A stretch of 63,767 nt of DNA, counting the filler, from Reticulomyxa filosa (Eukaryota > Protista > Foraminifera), in the NCBI GenBank assembly GCA_000512085.1. It is 23 parts of 23 records of this genome, joined end to end, with 100 filler letters (N's around TTAATTAATTAA, not from the genome) between each part and the next. Parts side by side here need not be neighbours in the genome. Positions count along the whole stretch, not along the records: positions 51,016 to 52,965 come from ASPP01003168.1; positions 53,066 to 54,763 come from ASPP01004024.1; positions 54,864 to 55,980 come from ASPP01040506.1; positions 56,081 to 58,561 come from ASPP01038376.1; positions 58,662 to 59,684 come from ASPP01029110.1; positions 59,785 to 62,116 come from ASPP01011919.1; positions 62,217 to 63,767 come from ASPP01023077.1; 16 more parts are not named here. One strand, 5' to 3'. A program made the position numbers and the translations under genes. The notes under the pieces were generated by a model that saw only the letters and a list, made by a program, of their open reading frames with translations, had not been told where the DNA came from and did not search any database. This document shows, in pieces, positions 52,881-63,767 of the stretch (position 1 is the first letter of the stretch; every line of letters starts with the position of its first letter).

Positions 52881-53065
52881 ATGCATAACAGCAATGGATA
52901 TATTCAACAAAAAGACGAGGTCAGAAGAAATAAAAACAATTGACAAAATGGAGAAACAAAAAAAANNNNNNNNNNNNNNNNNNNNNNNNNNNNNNNNNNN
53001 NNNNNNNNNTTAATTAATTAANNNNNNNNNNNNNNNNNNNNNNNNNNNNNNNNNNNNNNNNNNNN

Positions 53066-53342
53066 TCAACGACTGCCCAAACCATGCCAGAAGCGCAAGT
53101 CGACAGTTTGATGGCACAAGTTACGTTTATCCTTTTTTTCTTTTGCTTTGGCCTCACCTTATTTGTTGCATTACAAAGAATTAAATCTTTACAAAAAAAA
53201 AAAGATTGCGGATGAACATGGGTTAGAATTTCAATCACAGTTAAATAAAGTTGGAGTTGGGCAATCCAAGCTTAAAGAACCTGCTGCTGCGGATGAGGAA
53301 AAAGATTTAGAGGCACGTTTAAAAAAATTGCAAGGGATTTAG
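53066..53342 (+). CDS. CHMP1: ESCRT-III CHMP1/Did2, C-terminal exons
   Basis: 'TTAQTMPEAQVDSLMAQ|IADEHGLE...EEKDLEARLKKLQG*' with a terminal MIM1 motif. Confidence 0.85.
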
Positions 53343-53768
53343 AGAGAATGTGTTTGTTTTTTGATTCCAAATTTTGTTTTTAAGTTTTTAACTGCTAACT
53401 GTTCAAAACTTCAATTCAATGTTTAGACAAATGAGCAAATGTATTTCATAAAACATTTTAATTAGGAAACAAAAACTTTAACACTGATGGACTTATATTA
53501 ACCTCTATTCCCTCTAACAATAATTCTTTTTTAAATATTTAGTGATGTCACTCGGAGTTCATCATTTAATGATCCAATTTAATAAGAACACAATAAATTA
53601 TTATTTTAGCCCGGCCTTTGCAAATTTCCTTAAAGTTCATATTTTTTTTTAAGGCAAAGATGAAACCGCAAGCGATTTCCACCCTTAAGGAGTTTAGTCA
53701 AAATTAAAAAAAAGAAAGCAAATTTATGTCTGTGTCTGGCTTGAAAGCACTTTTAATTCGCAAATTCA

Positions 53769-54763
53769 ATGATTACATCCCATAGAAACGAAATCATTGG
53801 TGTTCCTTCAGTTTTGGACGCTTTTGTTGAAACATTCAAGAGTAATCAATCCAAAAAATTGATCGGGCTTGTGAATACTGGCAATACACAAAGACAATCA
53901 CTCCACCAATGGAACGAAAATTGTTCTGTCACAACTCGTGAGATTGATGAAAACCAACAACGATCTCGCATTTCACCAAAAAACGCAAAGCCACATTTAT
54001 ATAAAACCGAACTGTGTTCCAAGTTCCAACAATTTGGATGGTGTCCTTACAATCAAGGATGTCAATTCGCTCATGGCAAGCACGAGCTACGAAAGAAGCC
54101 ACCCTTGCATAATAAGTTTAATCAAAGCTACTTAAGGAGTGGAACAAAGAATCCAAATAACTGAGTCACACTCCAAACATTTCTTTTTGTTTGTTTTCCT
54201 CCTTTAGAAACACTTTGGACAATTCCAAGCAACTTGGCACAACACCGCAAGTTTCAGCAGTGCCACCATCATGTGCAATATTCCCATTTTTTGTGAATAA
54301 CAATCTATCGGCTGTGTACAATCAATCTGCATTTAATCCTCTGCCACAACATGTAACGTATAAACCTAGTGTACTGACTCCAAACATTTCTTTTACAAAT
54401 GAACAAGCTACAACATTTGCTGGCGTGCAATCTGTCAACCCACTTATACAAAGCAATATTATACCTTTGGAAAAATCATCCAAGCTGATTCATCCCAATG
54501 AAACTATTGGCAACACTTTCACTCCTTGCACTATTTCGGAGTTTCCATCACTTCCCAATACACTACTGAATATGTCAAGCAATTTTAGCACATCTCCTGC
54601 CAAATCGGATATAAGTCTTAACCAATTGACGGAAGGGCTGGTAATACCTTTGAAAAATGAAAACAATGTGTTGAGGCAAGAAACAGTGCCACAAAATCCT
54701 ATTGACAAAGAGCTGGAAAAAATTAATGAGTCCATCCAACAGTTAGAAAAAAAGAGAGAAAGC
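53769..54763 (+). CDS. CCCH zinc finger protein (TTP/ZFP36-like finger); 3'-truncated
   Basis: 'YKTELCSKFQQFGWCPYNQGCQFAHGKHELR' (C-x8-C-x5-C-x3-H). Confidence 0.8.
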
Positions 54764-54863
54764 NNNNNNNNNNNNNNNNNNNNNNNNNNNNNNNNNNNNN
54801 NNNNNNNTTAATTAATTAANNNNNNNNNNNNNNNNNNNNNNNNNNNNNNNNNNNNNNNNNNNN

Positions 54864-55140
54864 ATTCTTGGTGTAATGAACCAGACTGCTTATGACACTG
54901 TCAATGTAATCTCTCCTCTCGAATGGCGACGAAGACAAGAGAAGTGAAGCTATACAATAAGTATCAGATGGTCAGATTCAATGTTCATAATCTTGTATTG
55001 GCATATAAGATTTGGAATGATCGAGACCAAAGACACATTTGAATTAGACATTAGGATCAAGATTATCAAGGCAGCGGCCAAGTTCGTTATCGATACCAAG
55101 AGAAAGATTTGAACAATTTCGAGTTTTTTAGGACAAATTT
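54864..55140 (+). mobile_element. Degraded non-LTR retrotransposon RT-thumb/connection fragment
   Basis: 'ILGVMNQTAYDTVNVISPLEWRRRQE' resembles the post-RT 'ILGA..STP...L....PL..RR' region; frames are disrupted. Confidence 0.45.
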
Positions 55141-55399
55141 TAATCTAAATTGATTAACTGTAATGTTTTTCTTTAATTACTTTTTGGTCGTTGTAAGATT
55201 TTGTGAGGTTCTTTTGTTTTGTTTTCTTTCCTTTTGAGTACTGTGTCCTATTTCTTAGAACGAGGTGCTCTTTTAACTTGAAAGACCTGAGTTTGTGCAT
55301 GTAGAGAGTGCAAAAAGAAGTGCAAGCTGAGGATGAAGCGAGATAGTAGTCCAATGCTTGATACCCCCATCTAAAAAAAAAATAAATAGATTTACGCTG

Positions 55400-55980
55400 T
55401 TAAATCAAATCTGGTTGCAATTGCTGAGCTTTCTTGCGAGCATTATTTGCAACAAGATCCACTTTATCATTACCAGTGATTCCGGAATGACCTTTAATCC
55501 AATAGATCTCTGGTACGTTATCCTCATTAAATAATTTCGATATCTTTTGGCAGTCCATAATTGGCAATTTATAGATGTCAAAATCCCATTTGTTGAATAT
55601 TGCATTAATCACGAACTTGCAATCAGTCAGGATAATCAATCTTCCAAAATGGAATCTGTAATGATTACCAACATATTCCAATGCAAGTCTCATTGCCTCG
55701 GTCTCTGAACCAATGTTTGTTTTGATGCATGTAATTGGATATTCCAATTCTAACCAATTTGACATACTTGGATCTTAAATTACAATTCCTGCGCCTCCAA
55801 TACCAGGATTGGTATATGTGCTACCATCGCAAAATATCACAATGCAATCATTGTCCAACGATACCAAAATCTCATCTGATGTTGGCTCATTGAAGATTGC
55901 AAATGGTGACTTGTTAGATTGTGGCATCATTGCGACTTGCATTGTGTGGGAATCTCAACCATCGGCACTCCAGCCTCAGC
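55400..55980 (-). mobile_element. RNase H domain of a non-LTR retrotransposon, inactivated by an in-frame stop
   Basis: 'IFCDGST...GIGGAGIVI*', 'ETEAMRLALE', 'ILTDCK', 'WIKGHSGITGNDKVD'. Confidence 0.8.
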
Positions 55981-58289
55981 NNNNNNNNNNNNNNNNNNNN
56001 NNNNNNNNNNNNNNNNNNNNNNNNTTAATTAATTAANNNNNNNNNNNNNNNNNNNNNNNNNNNNNNNNNNNNNNNNNNNNTTCGTTGAAAAAATGACTTT
56101 ACTTTGTAAATTTTTACTTCAATACATTACGATTTACAATTATTTTTTTCTTATCATCATCTGTAAAATGAATCTATTGATTGAGTCACCTAATTTCTTG
56201 ATATTGTCCACCATTTGCAACACAAAGTAATTTCATTAAGCTCTTGTTGTTGTATATATCAGTTTCATTATGTGATTCCAGTTTAGCTATTCTTTAGTGA
56301 AAAATTCTTTACAAAAAACGTTTCTGATACGGTATATAATTTTTTTAACTAAAAAAAAAAACAAATTTTGGAACGATATGATAACTTGAATATTTGACTA
56401 GCAACGTATATGTATGAGAATTTTATGTGCAATTAAATTTACGCACATTGTTGAAATTTTTAATGTGTCAAAAGATTTAAAAAAAATAACAAGAATCCTA
56501 TCATTTATATTTCTTCATTCCATTTCTAAATAAGACATCAGTAAATCACTTCATACATCATTGCTAGCTGATTGCGGTTGGAATTAAGTTGATGTTTCTT
56601 GAAAATCTCCACCAAATGTGATCGCGGAGTATCTTTTACATCTGTAAAACGAGTAAAAACACTGATGGAACCATTAAAAGAAAAGTCCATTATAAAATTT
56701 TGTAATTTTAACAAAATGCTTTTCAAATATTCCCATTTTGGTCTATTACGTTTTCTCAGCAATGGATTGTTTAAATATTTTTTATTTTAACATTGCTCCA
56801 TTACCACAATCTAAAGGTTTGTATTTTTTGAAAAAAATCTTGTTTTTACATTTTGAATAGAATTGCTGAAGCTTTAAAAAAATGGTTTAAGTAAACATTA
56901 TTATAAACAAGTAAACACTGCAATTTTTTCTTATCTTTGTGTCACAAAAGAAAGTAAATTATTATTATTATTATTGGTGTTGTATTTCAATGTCCCATAG
57001 TGCAATTTTGACAATATTTCTTAAGATAAAATCAAGAAAATAATGAACTAAAATTCAAAGAAATAATTCAAAATTTTGTAAAAAAAATATTCCATGTACA
57101 TTCTTAAGTTCTATAATAATCTTTTTTGTTTGTTTGACACAGCTGTTAATTTTTGTTACGGAATAACTGCAGAAGAGTAAGCAACGTCCAAAACGCGTTT
57201 TGCAGGAATTGTTTAAGTTAGTTACAATGACCTTGAAAGCTGACACAAATCTTAATTTTGCAACTGAACATAGAAGTTTTTATATTTTAACGATTAACTC
57301 ACTTTTCTTTTTCCAGTCTCTAGAGAAAAAGGTATATTGTCAAATATTTTGAGGCACTGCTTGTGCATATCTCTTCGCTGAAAAATGCACTGGAACCACC
57401 TTACTTGCGTTATTTCGTGCACCATGAAGGAAGGAAAATAACATGGACCAAAAGATCAATTAATATTTGCGACATCGAGTGCAAAAATGTGACAACAATT
57501 GATCAAGTCCTAAGTCGATACACTTATTGCATACCTTGTATCAGTCAAGAAAAAAGAAGGAGAATTTTTAACTTAATTCTTGATCTTGTAAGCATTAATC
57601 ACAAAATACAATATTGAAAGAAATAGTATGTATCTATTATTAATTGGTAAATTATCATGTATAATAAAATGAAATTTATTTAAATCAAACAAACTGATCT
57701 TATTATAATTATAAGCAATAAATAAAAAATGTTGTTAGTAATCTTTAGCCTTCCAATTAGACAGTTTTTGTGATTATTTTGTTCATTCATTGCATTATCA
57801 TTACTATAAACCTTACATATTTCATCACCAATGCGTGTTTACAAGATTTATCAAACGACAACAAGGTGATAGTATCAATGCATAATTACTACTTTGTTGT
57901 CTTCATTTTTTTTATGATGAATAAGATCTCTTTTAAGTATTGTAAAAAAAACCTTGGCTTTGTAGGGCAAGTCCTTACACTGGACTTATTTCTCGTCCTT
58001 TTGTGCAGGAGGAGCTGACAGGAGTGACAAGAACTCATTCGTCTTTTTTTGTAACACTGGCACAGAAAAGTGAATAATTAAACCAGGTGTTGACTTTTCA
58101 TAAACAAAATGGAAGTCAATAAAAAAGTAAAGTTTTGGGGGAAAAAAAAGAGAAACTACCACATTTCATCACTGGAACTTTCCTTAAAATTTAGTAGATA
58201 GTACTTGTCTTAAGCTCCGCACCTTTTTTTTAAAAGAACAATACATCAAAAAACTAAATCAGGAATTAGTGAAGTATGAAGTGACATGC

Positions 58290-58432
58290 ACTGCTTGGCC
58301 AAAAGCTTGTGCGTTTTCGCCATTGTATGATTACATTGCAAGTGGTGATTTGGACAACATTATGTCTATTTTCCGAATTACAGCAAAAGTCAAGAATGCG
58401 CCAAACGGAGGAAAATTTAAATCAAAAGTTGA
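58290..58432 (+). pseudogene. Isolated degenerate copy of a G-beta exon fragment
   Basis: 'AWPKACAFSPLYDYIASGDLDNIMSIFR...PNGGKFKSKV' aligns to 40670-40810 ('[28 protein letters not shown]...[10 protein letters not shown]'). Confidence 0.75.
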
Positions 58433-58661
58433 GTTGTTTTTTTTTAAAAAAAAAATGGACTAATCTTGATGAAATGCTACGTACACCTTTTTAATTGGGA
58501 AAGGGGTAAAAAAAAAAGGGGGAAGAAAAGAAACTGTTAAAATTGACATTCTTTTTAAACTNNNNNNNNNNNNNNNNNNNNNNNNNNNNNNNNNNNNNNN
58601 NNNNNTTAATTAATTAANNNNNNNNNNNNNNNNNNNNNNNNNNNNNNNNNNNNNNNNNNNN

Positions 58662-59684
58662 ACTTTGCACATTGTCGGTATGCGCCAAAACAAAAAAAAA
58701 AGCTGGGTCGAAGTGTCCTCTTCACTGGAGTCGTCGTCATCTTTCCCTTCTTTCAAACACAGGAACAGAAACGACTACGCCAAATTCACCGTCCAAATCA
58801 AAGACTCTAAATCTTTGCAATTCAACGACATCATGGACTCGTTGCTCCATCTTTTCGAACATGTCACCGACCCAGTCATGAAGAATCCTTTGTCGCATAC
58901 TGGGTAAGCCTCTTTTTTTTTTTAACCCTTTTAAAAAGTTCATATGTTTAAACCTCTAATCTTTTTCCAACTTTTAAAAAATATATATACATATGCTTGG
59001 TTATATTACATAAAAAAGATATATGCATCATTGGTGTCGTAAATGAATCCATTTATGAAACGTTGCCAGTCAAAAACACTGGAAAGGGGAAGGTCTCATG
59101 TTGCGCTGTTTACGTTGAATGAATATGACGTGGATTTGACGACTGCCATCGCCACTACAACTGGAAAAGTCGCTCGGATGGTTGGTTACACACACATTAT
59201 TTTATGAAATTGGACATTGCTTTGGGATGGACCATTGTCCTTTTTATAGCTGTATCACAGTCACAGTTGCAAGGACAAAAAATGACAAGGATGCCATCAA
59301 CTGTGGCAACTACAACTCCATCAACAACAACGACCAATGAGAAGAAAAAAACTACCAATAACAAAAGTGAAACGGCAAGTGAGGAGTGAACGCTTCGTCG
59401 AGATGAAAAAAATGGGCAAAGTGCAAGGTTTTGACGATGACCCAACTGTGGGAACATCAGACGCGATTTATCAACTTGAACAAAAGTGGCAAAGACATTG
59501 TCACGAAAACAGGAATAATTCAACACACGAGTTGGTCCAAGTTGTATCTACTCAAAAGTGAGGTCGAGCCTTGGGTAATGAAGCACGTCGTGGCATTGAA
59601 ATTACAGAATTGGAAAGGCTTATCAAAGACTGTGCACTCCCAAAGAACCAATCAAGTAAATTACTTTGTCTCCTTGTTCCCTCT
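58662..59684 (+). CDS. Unknown, fragmented coding region (possibly a pseudogene)
   Basis: Several short overlapping ORFs with exon-like composition; no family recognised. Confidence 0.3.
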
Positions 59685-59784
59685 NNNNNNNNNNNNNNNN
59701 NNNNNNNNNNNNNNNNNNNNNNNNNNNNTTAATTAATTAANNNNNNNNNNNNNNNNNNNNNNNNNNNNNNNNNNNNNNNNNNNN

Positions 59785-59987
59785 GCGTCGTTCAGTGCGC
59801 GCCAGGTGGTGCCGGCGCGGTTGATCAGCTTGTCCAGGCCGATAGCGGCGATCCAAGTGCGCAAGGTGGCCTCGTCTATGCCCTGTTTCTTGAAGTCGTG
59901 GAAGGTGAAGTCCAGTTGCTGGCTGCTCAGCCAGGTGCGGGCCTTCTTGACGGTGTCGCAGTTGGGAATGCCGTAGAGGGTGATCAT
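59785..59987 (-). CDS. Bacterial ArsC/Spx-family protein (YffB-like); truncated
   Basis: 'MITLYGIPNCDTVKKARTWL...FHDFKKQG...LINRAGTTWR'. Confidence 0.9.
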
Positions 59988-59990
59988 GGT

Positions 59991-61105
59991 CTAGTGGTTC
60001 AGTGTAAAGCCGGTGAAGGTGGTGGTGTCCTGTTTGTCCTGGCCGCTGGTACTGTCGTGGTTGATCAGCCAGAACAGGTTGGTGGGCGAGTCGGCATTCT
60101 GCAGCGCCTCGTCCAGCGAAATCAGCCCGTCTTTGTACAAGCGGAACAGCGACTGCTCGAAAGTCTGCGAGCCTTCGCTCATGCTGCTTTCGATGGCCTC
60201 TTTGATCTTGTCGATCTCGCCGTTGCGGATCAGCTCCGACACGTGGGCGGTGTTGAACATGATCTCCATCGCCGGGCGGCGTTTGCCGTCCACGGTTTGT
60301 ACCAGCCGCTGCGATACCACGGCTTTCAGTGTGGCGGCCAGGTCCATCAGCAGCGCGTTGCGGTTTTCCAGCGGGAAGAAGCTGATGATGCGGTTCAGCG
60401 TGTGGTAGCTGTTGTTGCCGTGCAGCGTGGAAATGCACAGATGGCCCGACTGCGCGTAGTTGATGGCGTAGGTCAGCGTTTCGGCGTCGCGGATCTCGCC
60501 GATCATCAGCACGTCCGGCGCCTCGCGCATGGCGTTTTTAAGCGCGTTCTGGTAGCTGTGGGTGTCCACGCCGATCTCGCGCTGGTTGATGATGGCGCGC
60601 TTGTGCTCGAAGATGAATTCGATCGGGTCTTCTACTGTCAGGATGTGGCCGGGCTGGGTCTGGTTGCGGTGCTCCAGCATGGCGGCGACGGTGGAGCTCT
60701 TGCCGGAGCCGGTGGAGCCAACGATAAAGATCAGGCCGCGGCGCTGGCGGATAAGGTCTTGCAGCGAGTCGGGCAGGTTCAGCGATGCCAGGCTGGGGAT
60801 GTTGGGGGTGATGTAGCGGATCACCATCGCCACCTGGCCGCGCTGGCGGAAGATGTTGACGCGGTAGTTGCCCAGCCCGTCTACCTGGCGGCCGAAGTTC
60901 ATTTCCATCTCGGCTTCGAAGGTGGCGATTTCGTCCTCGCTCATCAGGCTGTAGGCCAGGCGTTTGACGTTGTCCGGCGTCAGCGGCTTGTCGTTGACCT
61001 GCAGGGTCTGGCCGTCGATCTTGATCTGGGGAGGGGTGCCGCAGGAAAAAAACGGTCGCTGGCCTTCTTGTCGGCCATCAGCTTGAAAAACGGCAGCATC
61101 AGCAT
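59991..61105 (-). CDS. pilU: Bacterial PilT/PilU-family type IV pilus retraction ATPase (PilU-like); 1-bp frameshift near 61050
   Basis: 'MLMLPFFKLMADKKASD..FSCGTPP', Walker A GSTGSGKS, 'TVEDPIE', 'REAPDVLMIGEIRD', 'GHLCISTLH'. Confidence 0.9.
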
Positions 61106-61208
61106 GGTAAGCGGTGCGCGGGGCAGGTGACGTTCATGCGCTTAGTCTAACGCGAAACGCGGTGTGATGGCATTTATCGTCTTGCCCGCAGCGTTGGCCG
61201 CAGGCAAG

Positions 61209-61233
61209 AAAAAACCCGCCTTCTGGGCGGGTT
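61209..61233 (-). terminator. Rho-independent terminator after fadD
   Basis: Minus strand AACCCGCC-CAGAA-GGCGGGTT followed by a T-tract. Confidence 0.85.
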
Positions 61234-61255
61234 GTATGCATGCAGGGGCTGTGGT

Positions 61256-62116
61256 TCAGCTCGGTTTGACCTCGGCGTCGCGCAGGGCGCGGCGCAGGAT
61301 CTTGCCCACGTTGGTTTTCGGCAGTTCCTGGCGGAATTCCACCGATTTGGGCACCTTGTAGCCGGTGAGATTGGTGCGGCAGTGGCTCAGTACGTCGGCT
61401 TCGGTCAGGGCCGGGTCTTTTTTCACTACAAACACCTTCACTACTTCACCCGATTTGTCGTCCGGAATGCCGATGCAGGCCACTTCCAGCACGCCAGGGT
61501 GCAGCGCAACCACGTCTTCGATCTCGTTCGGGTACACGTTGAAGCCGGACACCAGAATCATGTCCTTCTTGCGGTCGACCAGCTTGACGTAGCCTTCCGG
61601 TGTCACCATCGCCATGTCGCCAGTGGCCAGGAAGCCCTGGCTGTCGATGACCTTGGCGGTTTCGTCCGGGCGCTGCCAGTAGCCTTTCATCACTTGCGGG
61701 CCGCGGATGCACAGCTCGCCAGCTTCGCCTACGCCGACTTCACGGCCTTCATTGTCGCGGATCTGGATCTCGGTGGACGGAATCGGCACACCGATAGTGC
61801 CGTTGTAGGCTTTCAGGTCCAGCGGGTTGATGCAGGCAGCCGGGCTGGTTTCGGTCAGGCCGTAGGCTTCGATCAGCGGCGTGCCGGTGATGTCTTTCCA
61901 CTTGTCGGCCACCGCCTTCTGTACCGCCATGCCACCGCCCAGCGCCAGGCGCCAGGTGGAGAAATCTACGGTTTTGAAGTCGGGGTTGTTCAGCAGGGCG
62001 TTGAACAAGGTGTTGACGCCGGTGATGGCGGTAACCTTGTATTTTTTCAGCTCTTTTACAAAACCCGGGATGTCACGCGGGTTGGTGATCAGGATGCTCA
62101 TCGCGCCCAGCTCGGT
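61256..62116 (-). CDS. fadD: Bacterial long-chain fatty-acid-CoA ligase; 5'-truncated
   Basis: '[15 protein letters not shown]', '[11 protein letters not shown]', '[10 protein letters not shown]', '[12 protein letters not shown]', '[12 protein letters not shown]'. Confidence 0.95.
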   Translation of the reverse strand, partial: TELGAMSILITNPRDIPGFVKELKKYKVTAITGVNTLFNALLNNPDFKTVDFSTWRLALGGGMAVQKAVADKWKDITGTPLIEAYGLTETSPAACINPLDLKAYNGTIGVPIPSTEIQIRDNEGREVGVGEAGELCIRGPQVMKGYWQRPDETAKVIDSQGFLATGDMAMVTPEGYVKLVDRKKDMILVSGFNVYPNEIEDVVALHPGVLEVACIGIPDDKSGEVVKVFVVKKDPALTEADVLSHCRTNLTGYKVPKSVEFRQELPKTNVGKILRRALRDAEVKPS

Positions 62117-62250
62117 NNNNNNNNNNNNNNNNNNNNNNNNNNNNNNNNNNNNNNNNNNNNTTAATTAATTAANNNNNNNNNNNNNNNNNNNNNNNNNNNN
62201 NNNNNNNNNNNNNNNNCCCCCCCCCCCCTTTTTTTTTTCAAAAAAAAAAG

Positions 62251-63395
62251 ATGTTGGATGAAAGCATCACTTTTACCAACGAAACATGGCGTGTGTACTA
62301 TCAACAAGTACCGAGCCCAATATTTGTGGAGTACACCCGAGACCATCCGAAAAAGTTCAAACAAATGGAAGATTTCTTTCAAGATTTAAATAAGGGAGAC
62401 TTGCCGCTTTTCAGGTGTGTGTTTGTCTTATTGATCGATTTGCGTTGCAATATCTATCTTTATTTCAAGCGTCGTTAAAAAAAAAAACTTGTCATGTTCT
62501 CCACACACACACACACACAACACACAGTTGGTTGGACCCTGCATACGTCGACTTAATTGATTTCCCTGCTTCTGATCAAGTATGTCGTTATGCAATATTT
62601 TCTCTCTCTTTATACGTATATATGTACACATATGTATGTATATAAAAGACACTAGTGCAAGAGTGGTTATAGAATGCACGATATTTGTGCTCTGATTTGT
62701 TCATTTGTTTTTGTGTGTGTGTGGAAAAGCATCCAGATCATGACGTAACAAATGGAGAAAAGTTAATGAAGCGAGTATACGAATCACTGCGCCAATCACC
62801 TGTTTGGGAAGACACTCTGCTGTTGATATTTTATGATGAACATGGTGGATTCTTTGACCACGTTCCTCCTCCATGGGCAGTGAGTCCAGACGGACGTGTT
62901 GCAACTGATGTGTCTCCGCCTTTCAATTTCACCAGATATGGCATTCGCATTCCTGCAATTGCTGTCTCGCCTTATGTTAAGAAAGGCACTGTCGCAAATC
63001 GTCCTGATCCTTCTGCCACTTCGCAATATTCTCATTCCTCATTGCCACACACTATCAGAGCACAATTTGCACCTGATTATCCTCCTTTTACTAATCGAGA
63101 TGATATCGCTTTGACTTTTGAAGACATCTTGAATTTGGACTATCCAAGAACTGATTGTCCAACCCAATTGCCTGATGTTCCACCTGGATACGAACGTCGC
63201 TCTTCTTCTTTACCTCGTCAAGGACTGCAACCTGTCAATGATTTTCAACTTAATTTGGCTCATTCTATTGCTCCTTTGTGTCATGCCTCTCCGCAGGTTG
63301 TCAACAGCCTTTCCATAAATCAGGACACACTTGGCAGGTTTGTCATTGAGTGCAGTGATTATTTCTCACGCTCTGGATCGAGGGACTCCTTTTAA
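62251..63395 (+). CDS. Non-specific phospholipase C (phosphoesterase family, plant NPC-like), 3' exons
   Basis: 'WRVYYQQVP', 'ASD|QHPDHDVTNGE', 'YDEHGGFFDHVPPP', 'RYGIRIPAIAVSP', 'YSHSS'. Confidence 0.9.
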
Positions 63396-63767
63396 CAAAT
63401 TTTAGTAGTTGTGCATTTTTGGGATTTTTCTTTCTAGGAATTTACTTTACACGAAAAAATACATTCCTTGCTGATAAAAAAGTTACATCCATAACTTACA
63501 AAACTCCTAAAATCAAACCAAATTTCAGAGTTTTCAAAAACATCCCAATGTTTGCAGGTATAGAAGTAAATCTAAATTTTTTGAAGCAATGATCTGAACT
63601 TAGCAAATTCAAACCATTTTAGATTAAATCAAGTAAAAAAATAGCGCTTAAACACAATACATCAAATCATCGCAAAGCAAATGAGTAAAGTAAATTAATA
63701 TCAGAACGATATATATAAAAACAAAGGAACAAGTGCAATAAAAGTAAAAAATATAAATGCAGCTAAT

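Noticed and set aside
56081-58280. Short ORFs in an AT-rich contig
   Set aside because: No motifs or consistent exon structure; treated as intergenic or decayed sequence.
6555-61105. Programmed frameshifting or an alternative genetic code to explain split ORFs
   Set aside because: Most breaks lie in homopolymers and one occurs in the bacterial contig too, which fits sequencing error or pseudogenisation; intact genes end in standard stops.
59737-62168. Long plus-strand ORFs (410 aa, 310 aa) and alternate frames
   Set aside because: Antisense shadows of GC-rich pilU and fadD.
2347-62216. Recurrent TTAATTAATTAA motif as a biological repeat, and gene neighbourhoods across it
   Set aside because: Always centred in an identical N-run; it is a concatenation linker, so cross-linker synteny is meaningless.

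Overview
This window is not one locus. It is 23 short contigs (about 1-6 kb) joined by 22 artificial 100-bp spacers (N44-TTAATTAATTAA-N44, a stop in all six frames), so adjacency across spacers means nothing. Twenty-two contigs are AT-rich eukaryotic DNA with short GT-AG introns, (TA)n/(AAT)n microsatellites and frequent homopolymer frameshifts. The WD40 family (signature '[29 protein letters not shown]'), the kelch family and the NACHT/HEAT family resemble, from my recollection, the expanded families of the foraminiferan Reticulomyxa filosa (Rhizaria); this assignment is inference. Recognisable housekeeping genes: SRP receptor alpha, PIG-W/GWT1, delta-12 desaturase, long-chain acyl-CoA synthetase, MINDY-3/4 deubiquitinase, ENPP, G-beta, GH3, Nup205, CHMP1, non-specific phospholipase C. 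Several immunity/ubiquitin-type genes also occur: RNF213-like, NACHT-HEAT, NACHT-type WD40, RING/TRAF-WD40, SAM-RING and an ankyrin protein with an effector-like domain. There are pseudogene and LINE relics, and one GC-rich betaproteobacterial contig (fadD-pilU-arsC/yffB) that is probably a contaminant. The most unusual structure is contig 1 (1-2346). It holds a fully base-paired, long-variable-arm tRNA-like cloverleaf with a 5-nt non-decoding anticodon loop, next to a ~26-bp minisatellite with nested inversions, which forms the outer end of a ~850-bp-arm near-perfect palindrome (foldback-transposon-like architecture). All protein calls come from motif recognition by eye; no searches were run.
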